Source of the DNA: Betaproteobacteria bacterium
GTDB lineage: Bacteria; Pseudomonadota; Gammaproteobacteria; Burkholderiales; Casimicrobiaceae
Direction: 5' to 3'
Assembly (NCBI GenBank): GCA_016192065.1
Contig: JACPUX010000010.1
Span: 49,728 to 113,727 of the forward strand
DNA length: 64,000 nt
Part shown: positions 45,635 to 57,085 of the stretch, one piece after another
Numbering within the stretch: the first letter of the stretch is position 1
Layout of the letters: each line of letters opens with the position of its first letter
Made by a program: the position numbers and the translations under genes
The notes under the pieces: generated by a model
Database searches by the model: none
What the model was told of the DNA's origin: nothing
Seen by the model: only the letters and a program-made list of their open reading frames with translations

Positions 45635-46606
45635 TCATTGCCCTGCCTTCGCGCTGGCGGTGGCAGGGCTGAGGCTGCGATAGGGCAATTCGATCACGGC
45701 GCGTGTTCCTCCTTCGGTCGGAGCGTCGAAACTCAGGCTGGCCTGGTCTCCAAACAGCAGCTTGAGACGCTCGCGCACATTGGTCAAGCCGATGCCGTCC
45801 CCTGCTGTGGCTCGGCTGGGATCAGCCATGCCGACGCCGGTATCGGCCACGCTCACCCGCAGCCGGCCGTGTGCCACCTCGGCGCTGATCTCGATGCGCC
45901 CTCCGGCGGCCTTGGGTTCCAGTCCGTGTTTGATGCTGTTCTCGACCAGGGTTTGCAGCATCATGGGCGGAAACTCGGCACTCGACAAGCCTTCGGAAAC
46001 GACCAACCGGTATTCGAGGCGCTCTTCCATGCGCACCTTCATGATTTCGAGGAAGGCACGCGAGAGTTCGAGCTGCCTGCCCAAAGTGCCGCTGGTGCCG
46101 CCATCGCGCATCTGCGGCATGGCGGCGCGCAGGTATTCGATGAGGCTGCGCTGGGTGCGCGCGGCGCGTGGCGGGTCGAGCTCGATCAGGGCCTCGATCG
46201 AACCCAGGGTATTGAACAGAAAATGCGGTTCGATCTGGGCCTGCATGGCGGCCAGCTCGGCTTCCGCCAAACGTCGCTCCAAGGACTCATGGTCCGCCCG
46301 TTCGCTCGCCTCGCGCGCTGCCACGTCGGCGCGGCGCTTGCCGCCAGCGATGATCTTCAGAACGATCGAGGTGAGCACGAGCACGATACTGATCTGCTCG
46401 ATCCGGAGGATTTCTCCGAGTATCAGTGCAATGAAGCCGATCACCAGCACATGGCGCCAGGGCGCCATCGCCAGCCAGTCGAAAAAGCGCCACCAGACCG
46501 GCGCCAGGGCATCGCGCGCGCCGATGAGCGCCTCGCTGAGTTTGGGGTGAGTCTTGCTGCTCGACATTTCTTGACCTATCGCAGTTGGGCATCTTGCCAC
46601 GACCAT
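45635..46606 (-). CDS. sensor histidine kinase, LytS/AlgZ-like (His_kinase HFLFN motif + HATPase)
   Basis: 2-3 N-terminal TM helices, HFLFNTLGSI H-box of the LytS/YehU family, C-terminal ATPase; 323 aa. Confidence 0.75.
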   Translation of the reverse strand: MVVARCPTAIGQEMSSSKTHPKLSEALIGARDALAPVWWRFFDWLAMAPWRHVLVIGFIALILGEILRIEQISIVLVLTSIVLKIIAGGKRRADVAAREASERADHESLERRLAEAELAAMQAQIEPHFLFNTLGSIEALIELDPPRAARTQRSLIEYLRAAMPQMRDGGTSGTLGRQLELSRAFLEIMKVRMEERLEYRLVVSEGLSSAEFPPMMLQTLVENSIKHGLEPKAAGGRIEISAEVAHGRLRVSVADTGVGMADPSRATAGDGIGLTNVRERLKLLFGDQASLSFDAPTEGGTRAVIELPYRSLSPATASAKAGQ

Positions 46607-46679
46607 CGCAGCCTAGCGAACGCTCCCGGCGCAGGCCAAGGGTTTGCGACGGTTGGCAGCGTGAGGGGCACGAGCGCCC

Positions 46680-46840
46680 CCGCGCGGCCGCCCGAAGGGG
46701 GCGCCAGCCATTCACCGGAGCGGGCGCAGCCCGCGAACCGTGCTCACCCCCCGTCCCCAGGAAGGGGGGCGGGGGGAAGGTTCGTCGAGCCCCACGCGGC
46801 CGCCCTTAGGGGGCGCCAGCCATTCGCCGGAGCTTGCACC
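46680..46840. repeat. two direct copies of a GC-rich REP-like repeat (GCGGCCGCCC-AAGGGGGCGCCAGCCATTCACCGGAGC...)
   Basis: Copies at about 46686-46742 and about 46797-46840, directly visible. Confidence 0.55.
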
Positions 46841-46959
46841 CAGTTAACGGTTTGAGGCCTCGTACCTCAATCCACCGCGCGACGATTCGCCACAACCCGT
46901 GCCGGCTCGTCGGTGAGGCGGCGCACCGCCCGAACGTGGCCTGTACCTCGGCGGACCGT

Positions 46960-47952
46960 TTAGTCCGATTCCGTTCCGGGTTCGCGGCGCAGCAAATCCC
47001 CCACCGCCAGCCGAGGGCTGACACCATCATCGAGCACCCGTGCCACGGCCTCGCTGATCGGCAAATCGACCCCGGTACGCACGGCCAGCTCACGCACGGC
47101 GCGCGCGCTGCGCACGCCTTCGGCGACGTGCCCCAGGGCGGCGAGGATCTGCTCCAGGGGCTTGCCTTGGGCGAGTTCCAGGCCGACCCGCCGATTCCGC
47201 GACAGGTCGCCCGTGCAGGTCAGAACCAGATCACCCAGGCCGGCGAGTCCCATCAGGGTCTCGCGCTTGCCCCCCAGCGCGGCGGAAAGCCGGCCCGTTT
47301 CCAACAACCCGCGCGTGATAAGCGCGGCGCGCGCGTTGTGGCCGAAACCCAGGCCGTCGCTGATGCCCGCGGCGATCGCCAGGACATTCTTGACCGCACC
47401 GCCGATCTCTACCCCGACGAGATCGTCACTGACGTAGATACGCAGCGTTTCGTCGCGCAGCCAGTTGGCCGCCTCGCGGGCGAATGCCTGATCGGTAGCG
47501 GCAAGGGCGATGGCAGTGGGCAAACGGGCGGCCACCTCCTCGGCGAAGCTCGGGCCGGAGAGCACGCCGCAAGGCGCGGGCCAAAGCGGCGCGACCAATT
47601 GGTGGGGCAATCGCGCTTGTTCCAGAAAACCCTTACAGAGCCACAACAGCGGCGCCCGCGCGCCGACGCCGGCGGCTGCGGTCAATACCTCGGGCAGGGC
47701 CGCGGTGGGGGTGCCGATAATGATGAGGTCGGCGTCCCGGAGTACCGCGCCGAGATCGGCGCTGACTTCCAAACCGGCAGGTAATTTGACCCCGGGCAGG
47801 TATTGGTGATTTTCGCGCTCATCGGAGATGCGCCGCGCCAGAGCCGCATCGCGGCACCACAAGCGCACCGAAAGACGATGCGCCAAGTGTATGGCCAGAG
47901 CCGTCCCCCAGGCCCCGGCGCCGAGCATGGCGATCGGGCCGGCACGGAGCAC
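46960..47952 (-). CDS. gpsA: NAD(P)H-dependent glycerol-3-phosphate dehydrogenase
   Basis: MLGAGAWGTALAIHLA Rossmann motif, 330 aa. Confidence 0.9.
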   Translation of the reverse strand: MLRAGPIAMLGAGAWGTALAIHLAHRLSVRLWCRDAALARRISDERENHQYLPGVKLPAGLEVSADLGAVLRDADLIIIGTPTAALPEVLTAAAGVGARAPLLWLCKGFLEQARLPHQLVAPLWPAPCGVLSGPSFAEEVAARLPTAIALAATDQAFAREAANWLRDETLRIYVSDDLVGVEIGGAVKNVLAIAAGISDGLGFGHNARAALITRGLLETGRLSAALGGKRETLMGLAGLGDLVLTCTGDLSRNRRVGLELAQGKPLEQILAALGHVAEGVRSARAVRELAVRTGVDLPISEAVARVLDDGVSPRLAVGDLLRREPGTESD

Positions 47953-47955
47953 GAT

Positions 47956-48411
47956 TCAAAAACCCCAGAGCTGCTGCATGCGGGCAAAACCGCTCTGCCC
48001 ATCGCGATGGCGGACCCGCAGCCAGGAGCTCCCAGGGCTGGGCAACTCTTGAATTTCGAGCAGTACGTTCTGCTCCGCGCGGAAGACCACCGAGGAACTC
48101 GCGTCAGGGGCGACGAAAACCTCCGCCTGCGGCGTCTTGACGATGACCGTGCGGCGCTCGGTGAGTGCCTTCTTTTCAATCCAGGCCAACGCTCCGGTGG
48201 CATCGCGCACCTTGGCCCAGCCCTCGACGCTGACCACGATTTCCAACGGATAGTCGCGCCCGATCACGAAGGCCGGTTTGGCCTTGAGCGAAGGGGCGTC
48301 GTAGAGCACGGTCGCCGCTTCCGCTGTGGCACGGAAGTCCAGGGCCGGCGCGGCGCCGGGTAGTCCGAACGCCCAGGCCAGGAAGACCAGCGGGACGAGG
48401 CGCACGCGCAT
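47956..48411 (-). CDS. periplasmic SH3-like domain protein (signal peptide)
   Basis: Signal peptide MRVRLVPLVFLAWAFGLPGAA, about 150 aa. Confidence 0.5.
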   Translation of the reverse strand: MRVRLVPLVFLAWAFGLPGAAPALDFRATAEAATVLYDAPSLKAKPAFVIGRDYPLEIVVSVEGWAKVRDATGALAWIEKKALTERRTVIVKTPQAEVFVAPDASSSVVFRAEQNVLLEIQELPSPGSSWLRVRHRDGQSGFARMQQLWGF

Positions 48412-48415
48412 GAGC

Positions 48416-48874
48416 TTATTGAACCGGCAGTTCCCCGGAGGGTTGCGCCGCCATCTGCTGCATTTGCTCCTGGTAGAGCTGCTCGAAGCTGATGGGGTTA
48501 AGCAGGATGGCAGGGTAGCCGGCGTGTCCGATGGCGTTGGAAACTGCTTCACGGGCATAGGGGAAGAGGATGGTGGGGCAATGTATACCCAGAATGGGCT
48601 GGAGGTCGGCCTCGGGCACATTGCGAATCTGGAACAGACCGGCCTGTGCCGCTTCGACCAGAAAAAGGGTGTTCTCACCTTGGCGCGCCGTGACCGTGAC
48701 CGTGAGCACGACTTCGTAGTAGCCCTCGTCAACGCGTTGGCCGCGCGTTTGCAGGCTGATCTCGACCTGGGGTTGTTCCTGGTTCAGGAAGCTCTGCGGG
48801 GAATTCGGGTTCTCCAGGGAGAGGTCCTTGACGTAGATCTTTTCGACCGTGAAAGCCGGCTGCTGATCGCTCAT
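48416..48874 (-). CDS. secB: protein-export chaperone SecB
   Basis: MSDQQPAFTVEKIYVKDLSLENPNSP... canonical SecB N-terminus. Confidence 0.85.
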   Translation of the reverse strand: MSDQQPAFTVEKIYVKDLSLENPNSPQSFLNQEQPQVEISLQTRGQRVDEGYYEVVLTVTVTARQGENTLFLVEAAQAGLFQIRNVPEADLQPILGIHCPTILFPYAREAVSNAIGHAGYPAILLNPISFEQLYQEQMQQMAAQPSGELPVQ

Positions 48875-48911
48875 TTCGCGCCTTGAATGGTAGGAGATTA
48901 AAAGCCGGGGA

Positions 48912-49193
48912 TTATACCCCAGACGCGGGTGTCTCCCCCCCGGCCAACAGCGGATCGAGCCCTCCGGCGCGATCGAGCGCCACCAGGTCGTCATAACCAC
49001 CAACGTGGCGGCTGTCGATGTAGATTTGCGGCACGGTACGCCGACCGGTACGCTGCATCATCTCCTCGCGGCGCGCCGGATCGAGGTCAACACGAATCTT
49101 GGCGACCTCCGGTACGCCTTTCGCCTTCAGCAGCCGTTCGGCCTGAATGCAATAAGGGCAGACGCCGGTGGCGTACATGGTGACCCGTGGCAT
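48912..49193 (-). CDS. grxC: glutaredoxin 3
   Basis: CPYC active site, 93 aa. Confidence 0.85.
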   Translation of the reverse strand: MPRVTMYATGVCPYCIQAERLLKAKGVPEVAKIRVDLDPARREEMMQRTGRRTVPQIYIDSRHVGGYDDLVALDRAGGLDPLLAGGETPASGV

Positions 49194-49194
49194 A

Positions 49195-49617
49195 TCAGGC
49201 TTTCTCGAGCGGGAACCCCGCCGTCTTCCACGCCTCGATGCCTCCGGCCAGGCTATAGATTTCGGTGTGCCCGGCCTTCTTCAAGGCCCTGCCGGCCATA
49301 CGGCTGCGATTGCCGCGATCGCAATAGGCGATGATCGGCTTGCCCTGGAACTTCGCCAACTCCCCCACCCGCGTCGAGAGCTGAGACAGGGGCAGATGCA
49401 CCGCCTTGGGCAGGCGACCGCCGGAGTAGTCCTTGGTCTCGCGCAAATCGACCAGGACGGCGTCGCGCTGGTTATGCAGCATGGTCGCCTGCTGCGGGCC
49501 GACTTCGTTCATGCCGGAAAGCTGGTTGTACACCAAGCTCCAGAAAAGCATGCCGCCAGACGCCAGCATGATCAACACGAGTACCGAGTTCTTGACCAGA
49601 AAATCAAAAAAATCCAT
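49195..49617 (-). CDS. rhodanese-domain membrane-anchored protein
   Basis: N-terminal TM helix then rhodanese fold with active-site CDRGNRS. Confidence 0.75.
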   Translation of the reverse strand: MDFFDFLVKNSVLVLIMLASGGMLFWSLVYNQLSGMNEVGPQQATMLHNQRDAVLVDLRETKDYSGGRLPKAVHLPLSQLSTRVGELAKFQGKPIIAYCDRGNRSRMAGRALKKAGHTEIYSLAGGIEAWKTAGFPLEKA

Positions 49618-49720
49618 CGTTTCGCCTTGGGGAATTCGCGCGCTTGCGCCACGTCCAAGCAAGCCCACCGAAAAGGTAGAATGATAGCTGAAATTCTCCC
49701 CATCGATCGAGCCGCATGCC

Positions 49721-51274
49721 ATGCCCGTAACGCCGCCCGTAGTTCCCGTGATCCTTCTCATCCTCGATGGTTTCGGCCATCGCGAAGCCACACCCGACAA
49801 CGCCATTAGTGCCGCTCATGCGCCGCACTGGAGAGAGCTCTGGGAACACTCGCCGCATACCCTGATCGAGGCCTCCGAACTGCATGTCGGGCTGCCCGAC
49901 GGGCAGATGGGCAACTCTGAAGTGGGACATCTCAATATCGGTGCGGGACGCGTGGTCTACCAGGACTACACCCGCATCGACCAAGCCATCAAGACCGGCG
50001 AGTTCGCCGCCAACCCGGCGTTGGCCGGAGCGCTGCGCCTAGCCCGAGAGGGGCGCGGCCGCTTGCATGTGTTGGGCCTGCTCTCGCCGGGGGGGGTGCA
50101 TAGCCACGAGCGACACATATTGGCATTGCTGGAGCTGGCGGCGCGCGAAGGTGTGCCCCACACCTTTATGCATGCGTTTCTCGATGGTCGGGACACGCCT
50201 CCGCAAAGTGCTGGCGCCTCGCTCGAACGCCTCGCTTCGGCCTGCAATCGCCACCCGGGCTGTCGGGTGGTCTCGATCTGCGGCCGCTACTACGCCATGG
50301 ACCGCGACCAGCGCTGGGAGCGGGTGGCGCAGGCCTACACGCTGCTCACTCAAGGCGAGGCGCCCTATTCCGCGCCGAACCCCACTCAGGGCTTGGCCGA
50401 GGCCTACGCGCGCGGCGAAAGCGACGAATTCGTCAAGCCCACCGCCATCCTGGCGCCGGACGGCAGCAGGGTCCACATCGAAGATGGTGACGTGGTGGTG
50501 TTCATGAATTTCCGCGCCGACCGCGCGCGCGAAATCACCCGGGCTCTCACCGCTGACCACTTCGAGGGTTTCGAGCGCCGTCTGCGGCCCAAGCTGGCGC
50601 AGTTGGTATGCCTCACCAGTTACGGAGATGAGTTCCCCGACCTGCCGGTGGCTTTTGCGCCACAGAGTATCGCCAACAGTTTCGGTGAGTACCTCGCCGG
50701 ACTCGGGCTGAAGCAACTGCGCATCGCCGAAACCGAAAAATACGCCCACGTCACATACTTCTTCAATGGCGGCAGCGAAGCCGCCTACACTGGGGAGGAT
50801 CGAGTGCTGGTACCCTCGCCGAAGGTGGCCACCTACGACCTCAAGCCCGAAATGAGCGCCTATGAAGTCACCGACAAGCTGGTCGAGGCGATCCACTCCA
50901 GGCGCTACGCGGCGGTGATCTGCAACTACGCCAATGGCGACATGGTTGGTCATACCGGAATCCTGCCCGCGGCGATCAAGGCCGTGGAGGCCTTGGACGT
51001 TTGTCTGGGACGTGTGCTCGAGGCCGCCCGCCAAGCAGGATACGAGGTGTTGATTACCGCGGACCATGGCAACGCCGAAATGATGTTCGATCCGGCGACC
51101 GGCCAACCGCATACCGCGCACACTCTGAACCCGGTGCCCTTCATCTACCTCGGCCGACCCGCTCGGCTCAAGGATGGCGGCGCTTTGCAGGACATCGCAC
51201 CGACGCTGCTCGACATGATGGGCCTGCCACAGCCGCCGGAAATGACCGGGCACAGTCTGATCGCGTGGCAGTGA
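49721..51274 (+). CDS. gpmI: 2,3-bisphosphoglycerate-independent phosphoglycerate mutase
   Basis: 517 aa, VILLILDGFG metal-binding N-terminus, conserved iPGM core. Confidence 0.9.
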   Translation: MPVTPPVVPVILLILDGFGHREATPDNAISAAHAPHWRELWEHSPHTLIEASELHVGLPDGQMGNSEVGHLNIGAGRVVYQDYTRIDQAIKTGEFAANPALAGALRLAREGRGRLHVLGLLSPGGVHSHERHILALLELAAREGVPHTFMHAFLDGRDTPPQSAGASLERLASACNRHPGCRVVSICGRYYAMDRDQRWERVAQAYTLLTQGEAPYSAPNPTQGLAEAYARGESDEFVKPTAILAPDGSRVHIEDGDVVVFMNFRADRAREITRALTADHFEGFERRLRPKLAQLVCLTSYGDEFPDLPVAFAPQSIANSFGEYLAGLGLKQLRIAETEKYAHVTYFFNGGSEAAYTGEDRVLVPSPKVATYDLKPEMSAYEVTDKLVEAIHSRRYAAVICNYANGDMVGHTGILPAAIKAVEALDVCLGRVLEAARQAGYEVLITADHGNAEMMFDPATGQPHTAHTLNPVPFIYLGRPARLKDGGALQDIAPTLLDMMGLPQPPEMTGHSLIAWQ

Positions 51275-52431
51275 ACGCAGCGGCGGCATGCTTCGCGGGT
51301 TTGCTCTGGTTTCTGGCCTTTCCCCTTGGCGCCGCTACCGATCCGGCGCAAAACTCGGCCAAACTCGAAGAGCTGCGCCGCCAGGTCGCGATGATCCAGA
51401 AAGAGATCGCTGCCGGCGAAGAAAGTCGGGCCGAAGCCACTGACCAACTTGCGCAAAGTGAACGAGCGATCTCCCAGGCGCGCTTGCGCCTCAGCGAAAT
51501 CGCCCGCGAACAGTCCCGCCAGCAAGCCAGCTTGGCGACGCTACGCGGGGAACAGGCGCACCTCGACGGACAGGTGCGCACGCAGCAGGCGCTACTCGAA
51601 AAACTTCTCCTGCAACACTACCTCGGCGGTCGCCACGAACCGCTAAAGCTTGCTCTGGCGGGGCGCGATCCCAATGAGCTACCGCGCCTCTTTCACTACT
51701 ACCGTCATATCAACGAAGCGCGCAACCGCGTGCTCAGCCAGTTGCGCGAGCAGATCACGCGCAGCCGCGAACTGGCGAGCTTAGCCGCGGCCGAAGTCGA
51801 ACGCCTGGCGGCCCTGGAGACCGAAGCACGCCTCGCGCAAACCGCGCTGGAGGAGCAAAAGCGCGTACGTGCCGCGGCGGTGCAGCGTATTGCCAAGCAA
51901 ATCTCCGCCAGGCGCCGTGAACTGCTCGCCCTGCAGCGCGACGAGCAGCGCCTGACGCGACTGGCTGAGCGCCTGGCCCGCTTGAGCCGGCCGGCGGGTT
52001 CACGCGGCGCGGCGCCCAGCGAACCGACCAGCGGTGCCTTTGGAGCACTCAAGGGGCGCCTGCTGACACCGATAGAAGGGGAACTCACCCACCGCTTCGG
52101 CAGTCAACGAATGGAAGGCGGCGTCACCTGGAAGGGCATTTTTCTGCGCGCCCCAATGGGTCGCGCGGTACGCGCGGTCACCGCCGGGCAGGTGGTATTC
52201 GCCGATTGGCTGCGCGGCTTTGGAAATCTCCTGATTGTTGACCACGGCGAGGGTTATATGAGCCTCTACGGCAACAACGAAGCGCTGCTCCACCGTGTGG
52301 GCGCGCGCGTGGAGGCGGGTGAGGTGGTGGCGCAGGCGGGCGACACCGGCAACGTCGGGCAAACGGGTTTATACTTTGAACTTCGCCATCAGGGCCGCGC
52401 GTTCGACCCTTCCGGATGGCTCAAGCGGTAG
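51271..52431 (+). CDS. envC: murein hydrolase activator EnvC-like (coiled-coil + LytM/M23 domain); GTG start overlapping gpmI stop assumed
   Basis: Signal peptide, long coiled-coil, C-terminal M23 motifs (GEGYMSLYGNN..., AGDTGN). Confidence 0.7.
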   Translation: MNAAAACFAGLLWFLAFPLGAATDPAQNSAKLEELRRQVAMIQKEIAAGEESRAEATDQLAQSERAISQARLRLSEIAREQSRQQASLATLRGEQAHLDGQVRTQQALLEKLLLQHYLGGRHEPLKLALAGRDPNELPRLFHYYRHINEARNRVLSQLREQITRSRELASLAAAEVERLAALETEARLAQTALEEQKRVRAAAVQRIAKQISARRRELLALQRDEQRLTRLAERLARLSRPAGSRGAAPSEPTSGAFGALKGRLLTPIEGELTHRFGSQRMEGGVTWKGIFLRAPMGRAVRAVTAGQVVFADWLRGFGNLLIVDHGEGYMSLYGNNEALLHRVGARVEAGEVVAQAGDTGNVGQTGLYFELRHQGRAFDPSGWLKR

Positions 52432-52447
52432 AGGCAAGGAAGGCATC

Positions 52448-53860
52448 ATGGCAAATCGAGACACGCTGAAAAAAGCGGGACTGGTCGGACTGGGCGTCAC
52501 GCTGGGCGTGCTGCTTTCGCTCAATTTCTCCGCGGTAGCGAACCGTGATGCCACGACCACCTTGCCGATCGAAGACCTGCGCGCTTTCTCCGAAGTCTTC
52601 GGACGCATCAAGAGCGATTACGTGGAGAACGTCACCGACAAGAAACTCATCCGCGAGGCCATCAACGGCATGGTCAACGGCCTCGACCCGCACTCCACCT
52701 ATCTTGACGAGGACGCGTTCCGCGACTTGCAGGTCAGCACCAAGGGTGAATTCGGCGGCTTGGGCATCGAAGTCGGCGTGGAAGACGGTTTTGTGCGCGT
52801 GATCGCGCCAATCGAAGACACGCCCGCCTACCGCGCCGGGATCAAGGCTGGCGACCTCATCTACAAGATCAACGAGACCTATACCAAAGGCCTGGCGCTG
52901 ACCAAGGCAGTCGGCATGATGCGCGGCGAGGCGGGCAGCAAAGTGACGCTGTCGGTGGTCAGAAAGGGCGTGGACCAACCGCTTAACTTTACGCTGCAAC
53001 GCGAGCAGATCAAACCCAAGAGCGTCGTCCACAAAATGGTCGAACCCGGCTACGCATTCTTGCGCGTGCGCCAGTTCCAGGAACGCACCGGTGAAGAAGT
53101 GGTGAAGTCGTTGCAGGCCATCGCCCGGGAAGCCGATCTCAAGGGCTTGGTACTAGATTTGCGCGGCGACCCCGGCGGCCTCTTGAATGCGGCAGTCGGG
53201 GTCTCGGCCGCGTTCCTGCCCAAGGATGCGCTGATCGTCTATACCGATGGGCGCACCCCGGAATCGAAAATGCGCCTCACTGCGAGCCGTGAATACTACG
53301 CGCGGGGGCGCGAGGACTATGTCAAGGCTGTGCCGGCCAATTTGCAGGATGTGCCCATGGTCGTGCTGGTCGATGGCGGTTCAGCCTCAGCCGCGGAAAT
53401 CGTCGCCGGCGCCTTGCAGGATCACAAGCGCGCCTATGTCATGGGGACACCCACGTTTGGCAAGGGCTCGGTGCAGACCATCGTACCCCTGGGCAACAGC
53501 ACCGGCATCAAGCTCACCACCGCCCGCTATTACACGCCCAAGGGGCGCTCCATTCAGGCCAAAGGCATCGAGCCCGATCAGATCATCGACGATGGCCGAG
53601 AAAGTGCGAACCGGGTGCGCGAGGCTGACCTCACCCACCACCTCGAGGGCGCCGGTAAGGATCCCGAAGAGGTGAAGAAAGCCCGTGAAATTTTGGAAGA
53701 AAAGCGTAAAGCCGAGGCCGCCAAAGGGGACAAGACCGCACCGCGCCCGCCGCGTTTCGAATTTGGCTCCAATGACGACTTTCAACTCACACAGGCCTTG
53801 AATCACCTCAAGGGGCAACCGGTGGTCGCGCAGGCGAAGCAGCTATCGGCGGCCAAGTAG
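52448..53860 (+). CDS. ctpA: carboxy-terminal processing protease (S41)
   Basis: PDZ domain + S41 catalytic region (GGSASAAEI), about 470 aa. Confidence 0.85.
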   Translation: MANRDTLKKAGLVGLGVTLGVLLSLNFSAVANRDATTTLPIEDLRAFSEVFGRIKSDYVENVTDKKLIREAINGMVNGLDPHSTYLDEDAFRDLQVSTKGEFGGLGIEVGVEDGFVRVIAPIEDTPAYRAGIKAGDLIYKINETYTKGLALTKAVGMMRGEAGSKVTLSVVRKGVDQPLNFTLQREQIKPKSVVHKMVEPGYAFLRVRQFQERTGEEVVKSLQAIAREADLKGLVLDLRGDPGGLLNAAVGVSAAFLPKDALIVYTDGRTPESKMRLTASREYYARGREDYVKAVPANLQDVPMVVLVDGGSASAAEIVAGALQDHKRAYVMGTPTFGKGSVQTIVPLGNSTGIKLTTARYYTPKGRSIQAKGIEPDQIIDDGRESANRVREADLTHHLEGAGKDPEEVKKAREILEEKRKAEAAKGDKTAPRPPRFEFGSNDDFQLTQALNHLKGQPVVAQAKQLSAAK

Positions 53861-53882
53861 ACTCCGGGCGGGGGCGTGCGCG

Positions 53883-54278
53883 ATGAGCCAAACTGAGCTG
53901 ATCAAGACCCGGACCATCGCCTTCCACGACGCGCCCCCGGAGCAAGCCAAGAAGGCGTTGCGGCTGCTCGAAGGTTTGCCCAACATCGAAGCGGGGCTTT
54001 CCCCCGCGCCGCAACAGCTTTGGGTGCGCTACAGCCTGGAGAACTACAGCCTCGCTGGCCTCGAAGCCGCCCTGGCGAGCCTCGGCTTCGAACTCGACCA
54101 TAGCCTCTATCACAAACTGGTCCGCGCCCTGGCGCATTACTGCGAAGAGGTGCAATGCGAGAATCTGCGCTCACCAGCACGCCTGATCAAGTCGCGCGAG
54201 GTGTTCGTCAAGGTTTGGGAACACCACGCGCACGGCGATCGCGACGAAACCCCCGAGGAATGGCGCGAATATCGTTGA
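53883..54278 (+). CDS. hypothetical protein
   Basis: 131-aa ORF between ctpA and moeB, same strand, compact spacing. Confidence 0.35.
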   Translation: MSQTELIKTRTIAFHDAPPEQAKKALRLLEGLPNIEAGLSPAPQQLWVRYSLENYSLAGLEAALASLGFELDHSLYHKLVRALAHYCEEVQCENLRSPARLIKSREVFVKVWEHHAHGDRDETPEEWREYR

Positions 54279-54291
54279 AACCGCAACGGCC

Positions 54292-55056
54292 ATGAAGGAC
54301 CAAGAGCTGCTGCGGTACAGCCGGCACATCCTGCTCGAAGAAATCGGCATCGAAGGCCAGGAAAAATTGCGGGCCGCCCGCATGCTGATCATTGGCGCCG
54401 GAGGCCTGGGGTCACCCGTAGCGCTTTACCTCGCCGCTGCGGGCGTCGGGCAAATTACCCTGTGCGATGGCGACGAGGTCGACCTCACCAACTTGCAACG
54501 CCAGATCCTGCACGATAGCGGCAGCATCGGGCAGGCCAAGGTGCTCTCGGGGCAGCGCCGCCTGGCCGCGATCAACCCCGAGGTTCGCGTGGTGCCCCTG
54601 GCGCGGCGCCTGGCCAGCGAGGAGCTGATGGAACTCGTGGCCGAGAACGATCTGGTACTCGATTGCTGCGACAATTTCGCCACCCGGCATGCGGTGAACC
54701 GCGCCTGCGTTCGGCACCGCCGGCCGCTGGTATCCGGCGCGGCGATCCGCTTCGATGCCCAGGTGACAGTGTTCGACCCGCGGCGAGCGGACTCGCCCTG
54801 CTATCAGTGCCTCTTTGGCGAGGGACAGGATCTCGAGGAGACCCGCTGCGCCACCATGGGCGTGTTCGCGCCTTTGGTGGGAATCGTCGGCAGCATTCAG
54901 GCCGCCGAAGCGCTGAAGCTGATCTGCGGCGCGGGCACGTCCCTGGTCGGCCGCCTGCTGCTGGTCGACGGGCGCAACATGACGTTTCGCGAACTGCGCC
55001 TCGGGCGCGATTCCAGTTGCGCGGTGTGCGGTGGTCCGGGTGGGCCCGCGCCCTGA
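54292..55056 (+). CDS. moeB: molybdopterin-synthase adenylyltransferase MoeB / ThiF-family E1-like
   Basis: GAGGLGSPVALYLAAAGVG Rossmann motif, C-terminal CxxC...CAVCG. Confidence 0.8.
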   Translation: MKDQELLRYSRHILLEEIGIEGQEKLRAARMLIIGAGGLGSPVALYLAAAGVGQITLCDGDEVDLTNLQRQILHDSGSIGQAKVLSGQRRLAAINPEVRVVPLARRLASEELMELVAENDLVLDCCDNFATRHAVNRACVRHRRPLVSGAAIRFDAQVTVFDPRRADSPCYQCLFGEGQDLEETRCATMGVFAPLVGIVGSIQAAEALKLICGAGTSLVGRLLLVDGRNMTFRELRLGRDSSCAVCGGPGGPAP

Positions 55057-55132
55057 ACTCGCGCGCGGGGGAAGCACTCGGTCCGGATCGAGCGAGACGC
55101 TTGCTGGAATGACCAACGCGGTCTGCGCTTCC

Positions 55133-55705
55133 CTAAAGCAAAAGCAAAAGCCGGCGCTGCGCCTCCCATTGTTCGGCCGGAGGGCGGCGAAAGCCGCTCT
55201 TGGCGAAGAGTTGCCAGCGGCCAATGATGTAGCACAGCAGAATATTCGCCTGCGCCGCCGCGTCCGGCGCGCTCGGGCGATTGGTATAGGCCAGCCGTAG
55301 GCATTGCCGCAGGGTCGCTTCCAGGCGATCGTGAAACTGATTGATGCGAACCTGCAAGCGCTCGTCTTCGTTGACCAGCGCGTCGCCGATGAGCACGCGG
55401 GTCATGCCCGGGTTCTTCTCGGCGAAACCCAGGGCGACGGAAACGATCTGTTCGGCCTGTTGCAGGCCGTCCTGGCTATCGCCGACGATCTTGTTGATCA
55501 GCGTGAAGACCGTGTTCTCGATGAACTCGATCAAGCCTTCGAACATCTGCGCTTTGCTGGCGAAGTGGCGGTATAGCGCCGCTTCGGATACCTCCAGCTT
55601 GGCCGCCAAGGCGGCGGTAGTAATGCGATCGCCACGCGGGTTTTCCAGCATGGCGGCGAGCGTCTGCAGGATTTGCAGCCGCCGCTCCCCCGGTTTGCCT
55701 GCCAT
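55133..55705 (-). CDS. TetR-family transcriptional regulator
   Basis: N-terminal TetR HTH (ITTAALAAKLEVSEAALYRHFASKAQMFEGLIE). Confidence 0.8.
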   Translation of the reverse strand: MAGKPGERRLQILQTLAAMLENPRGDRITTAALAAKLEVSEAALYRHFASKAQMFEGLIEFIENTVFTLINKIVGDSQDGLQQAEQIVSVALGFAEKNPGMTRVLIGDALVNEDERLQVRINQFHDRLEATLRQCLRLAYTNRPSAPDAAAQANILLCYIIGRWQLFAKSGFRRPPAEQWEAQRRLLLLL

Positions 55706-55744
55706 CTCTTCCTCCTCCCGAAACCTCTCCCCCGGCCGGGCTGT

Positions 55745-56653
<909 letters not shown>

Positions 56654-56791
56654 CTATTGTACCCGATCGAGCCAAGCGCGTGAATTAGCGGGGTCCGGGA
56701 CGAGTAAGCCCTGACTGCGACAGCTGCGGCGAGCGGCCGCTGGGCGACCAGCCCATGTTAAGCTCTTGGTCGTGAACTTCGGGGAACATGC

Positions 56792-57085
56792 ATGCAAATA
56801 GAGCGCATTCGAGCGGAACACTTCCTATCGTTGGTGGGCCAGAAACTCTCCCTCCAAGCCGGCCAGCACCGGCTGGAAGTCGAGGTGCTAAGCGTGGCCC
56901 GCCTCCCTGCACACCACCTGCGCCCCGAAGCTCCATTCTCCCTGGTGCTGCGCGCACCAGGTGCGCCGGCTTTGAACCAAAGCATGGTGGGCCTGACCCA
57001 CCCCACGCTCGGTTTGCTCGAATTGTTCCTGGTGCCTACCGGCCCGGACGCGCACGGAATGCGCTACGAAATCACCTTCAATTAG
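56792..57085 (+). CDS. hypothetical protein
   Basis: 97-aa ORF, no motif recognised. Confidence 0.3.
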   Translation: MQIERIRAEHFLSLVGQKLSLQAGQHRLEVEVLSVARLPAHHLRPEAPFSLVLRAPGAPALNQSMVGLTHPTLGLLELFLVPTGPDAHGMRYEITFN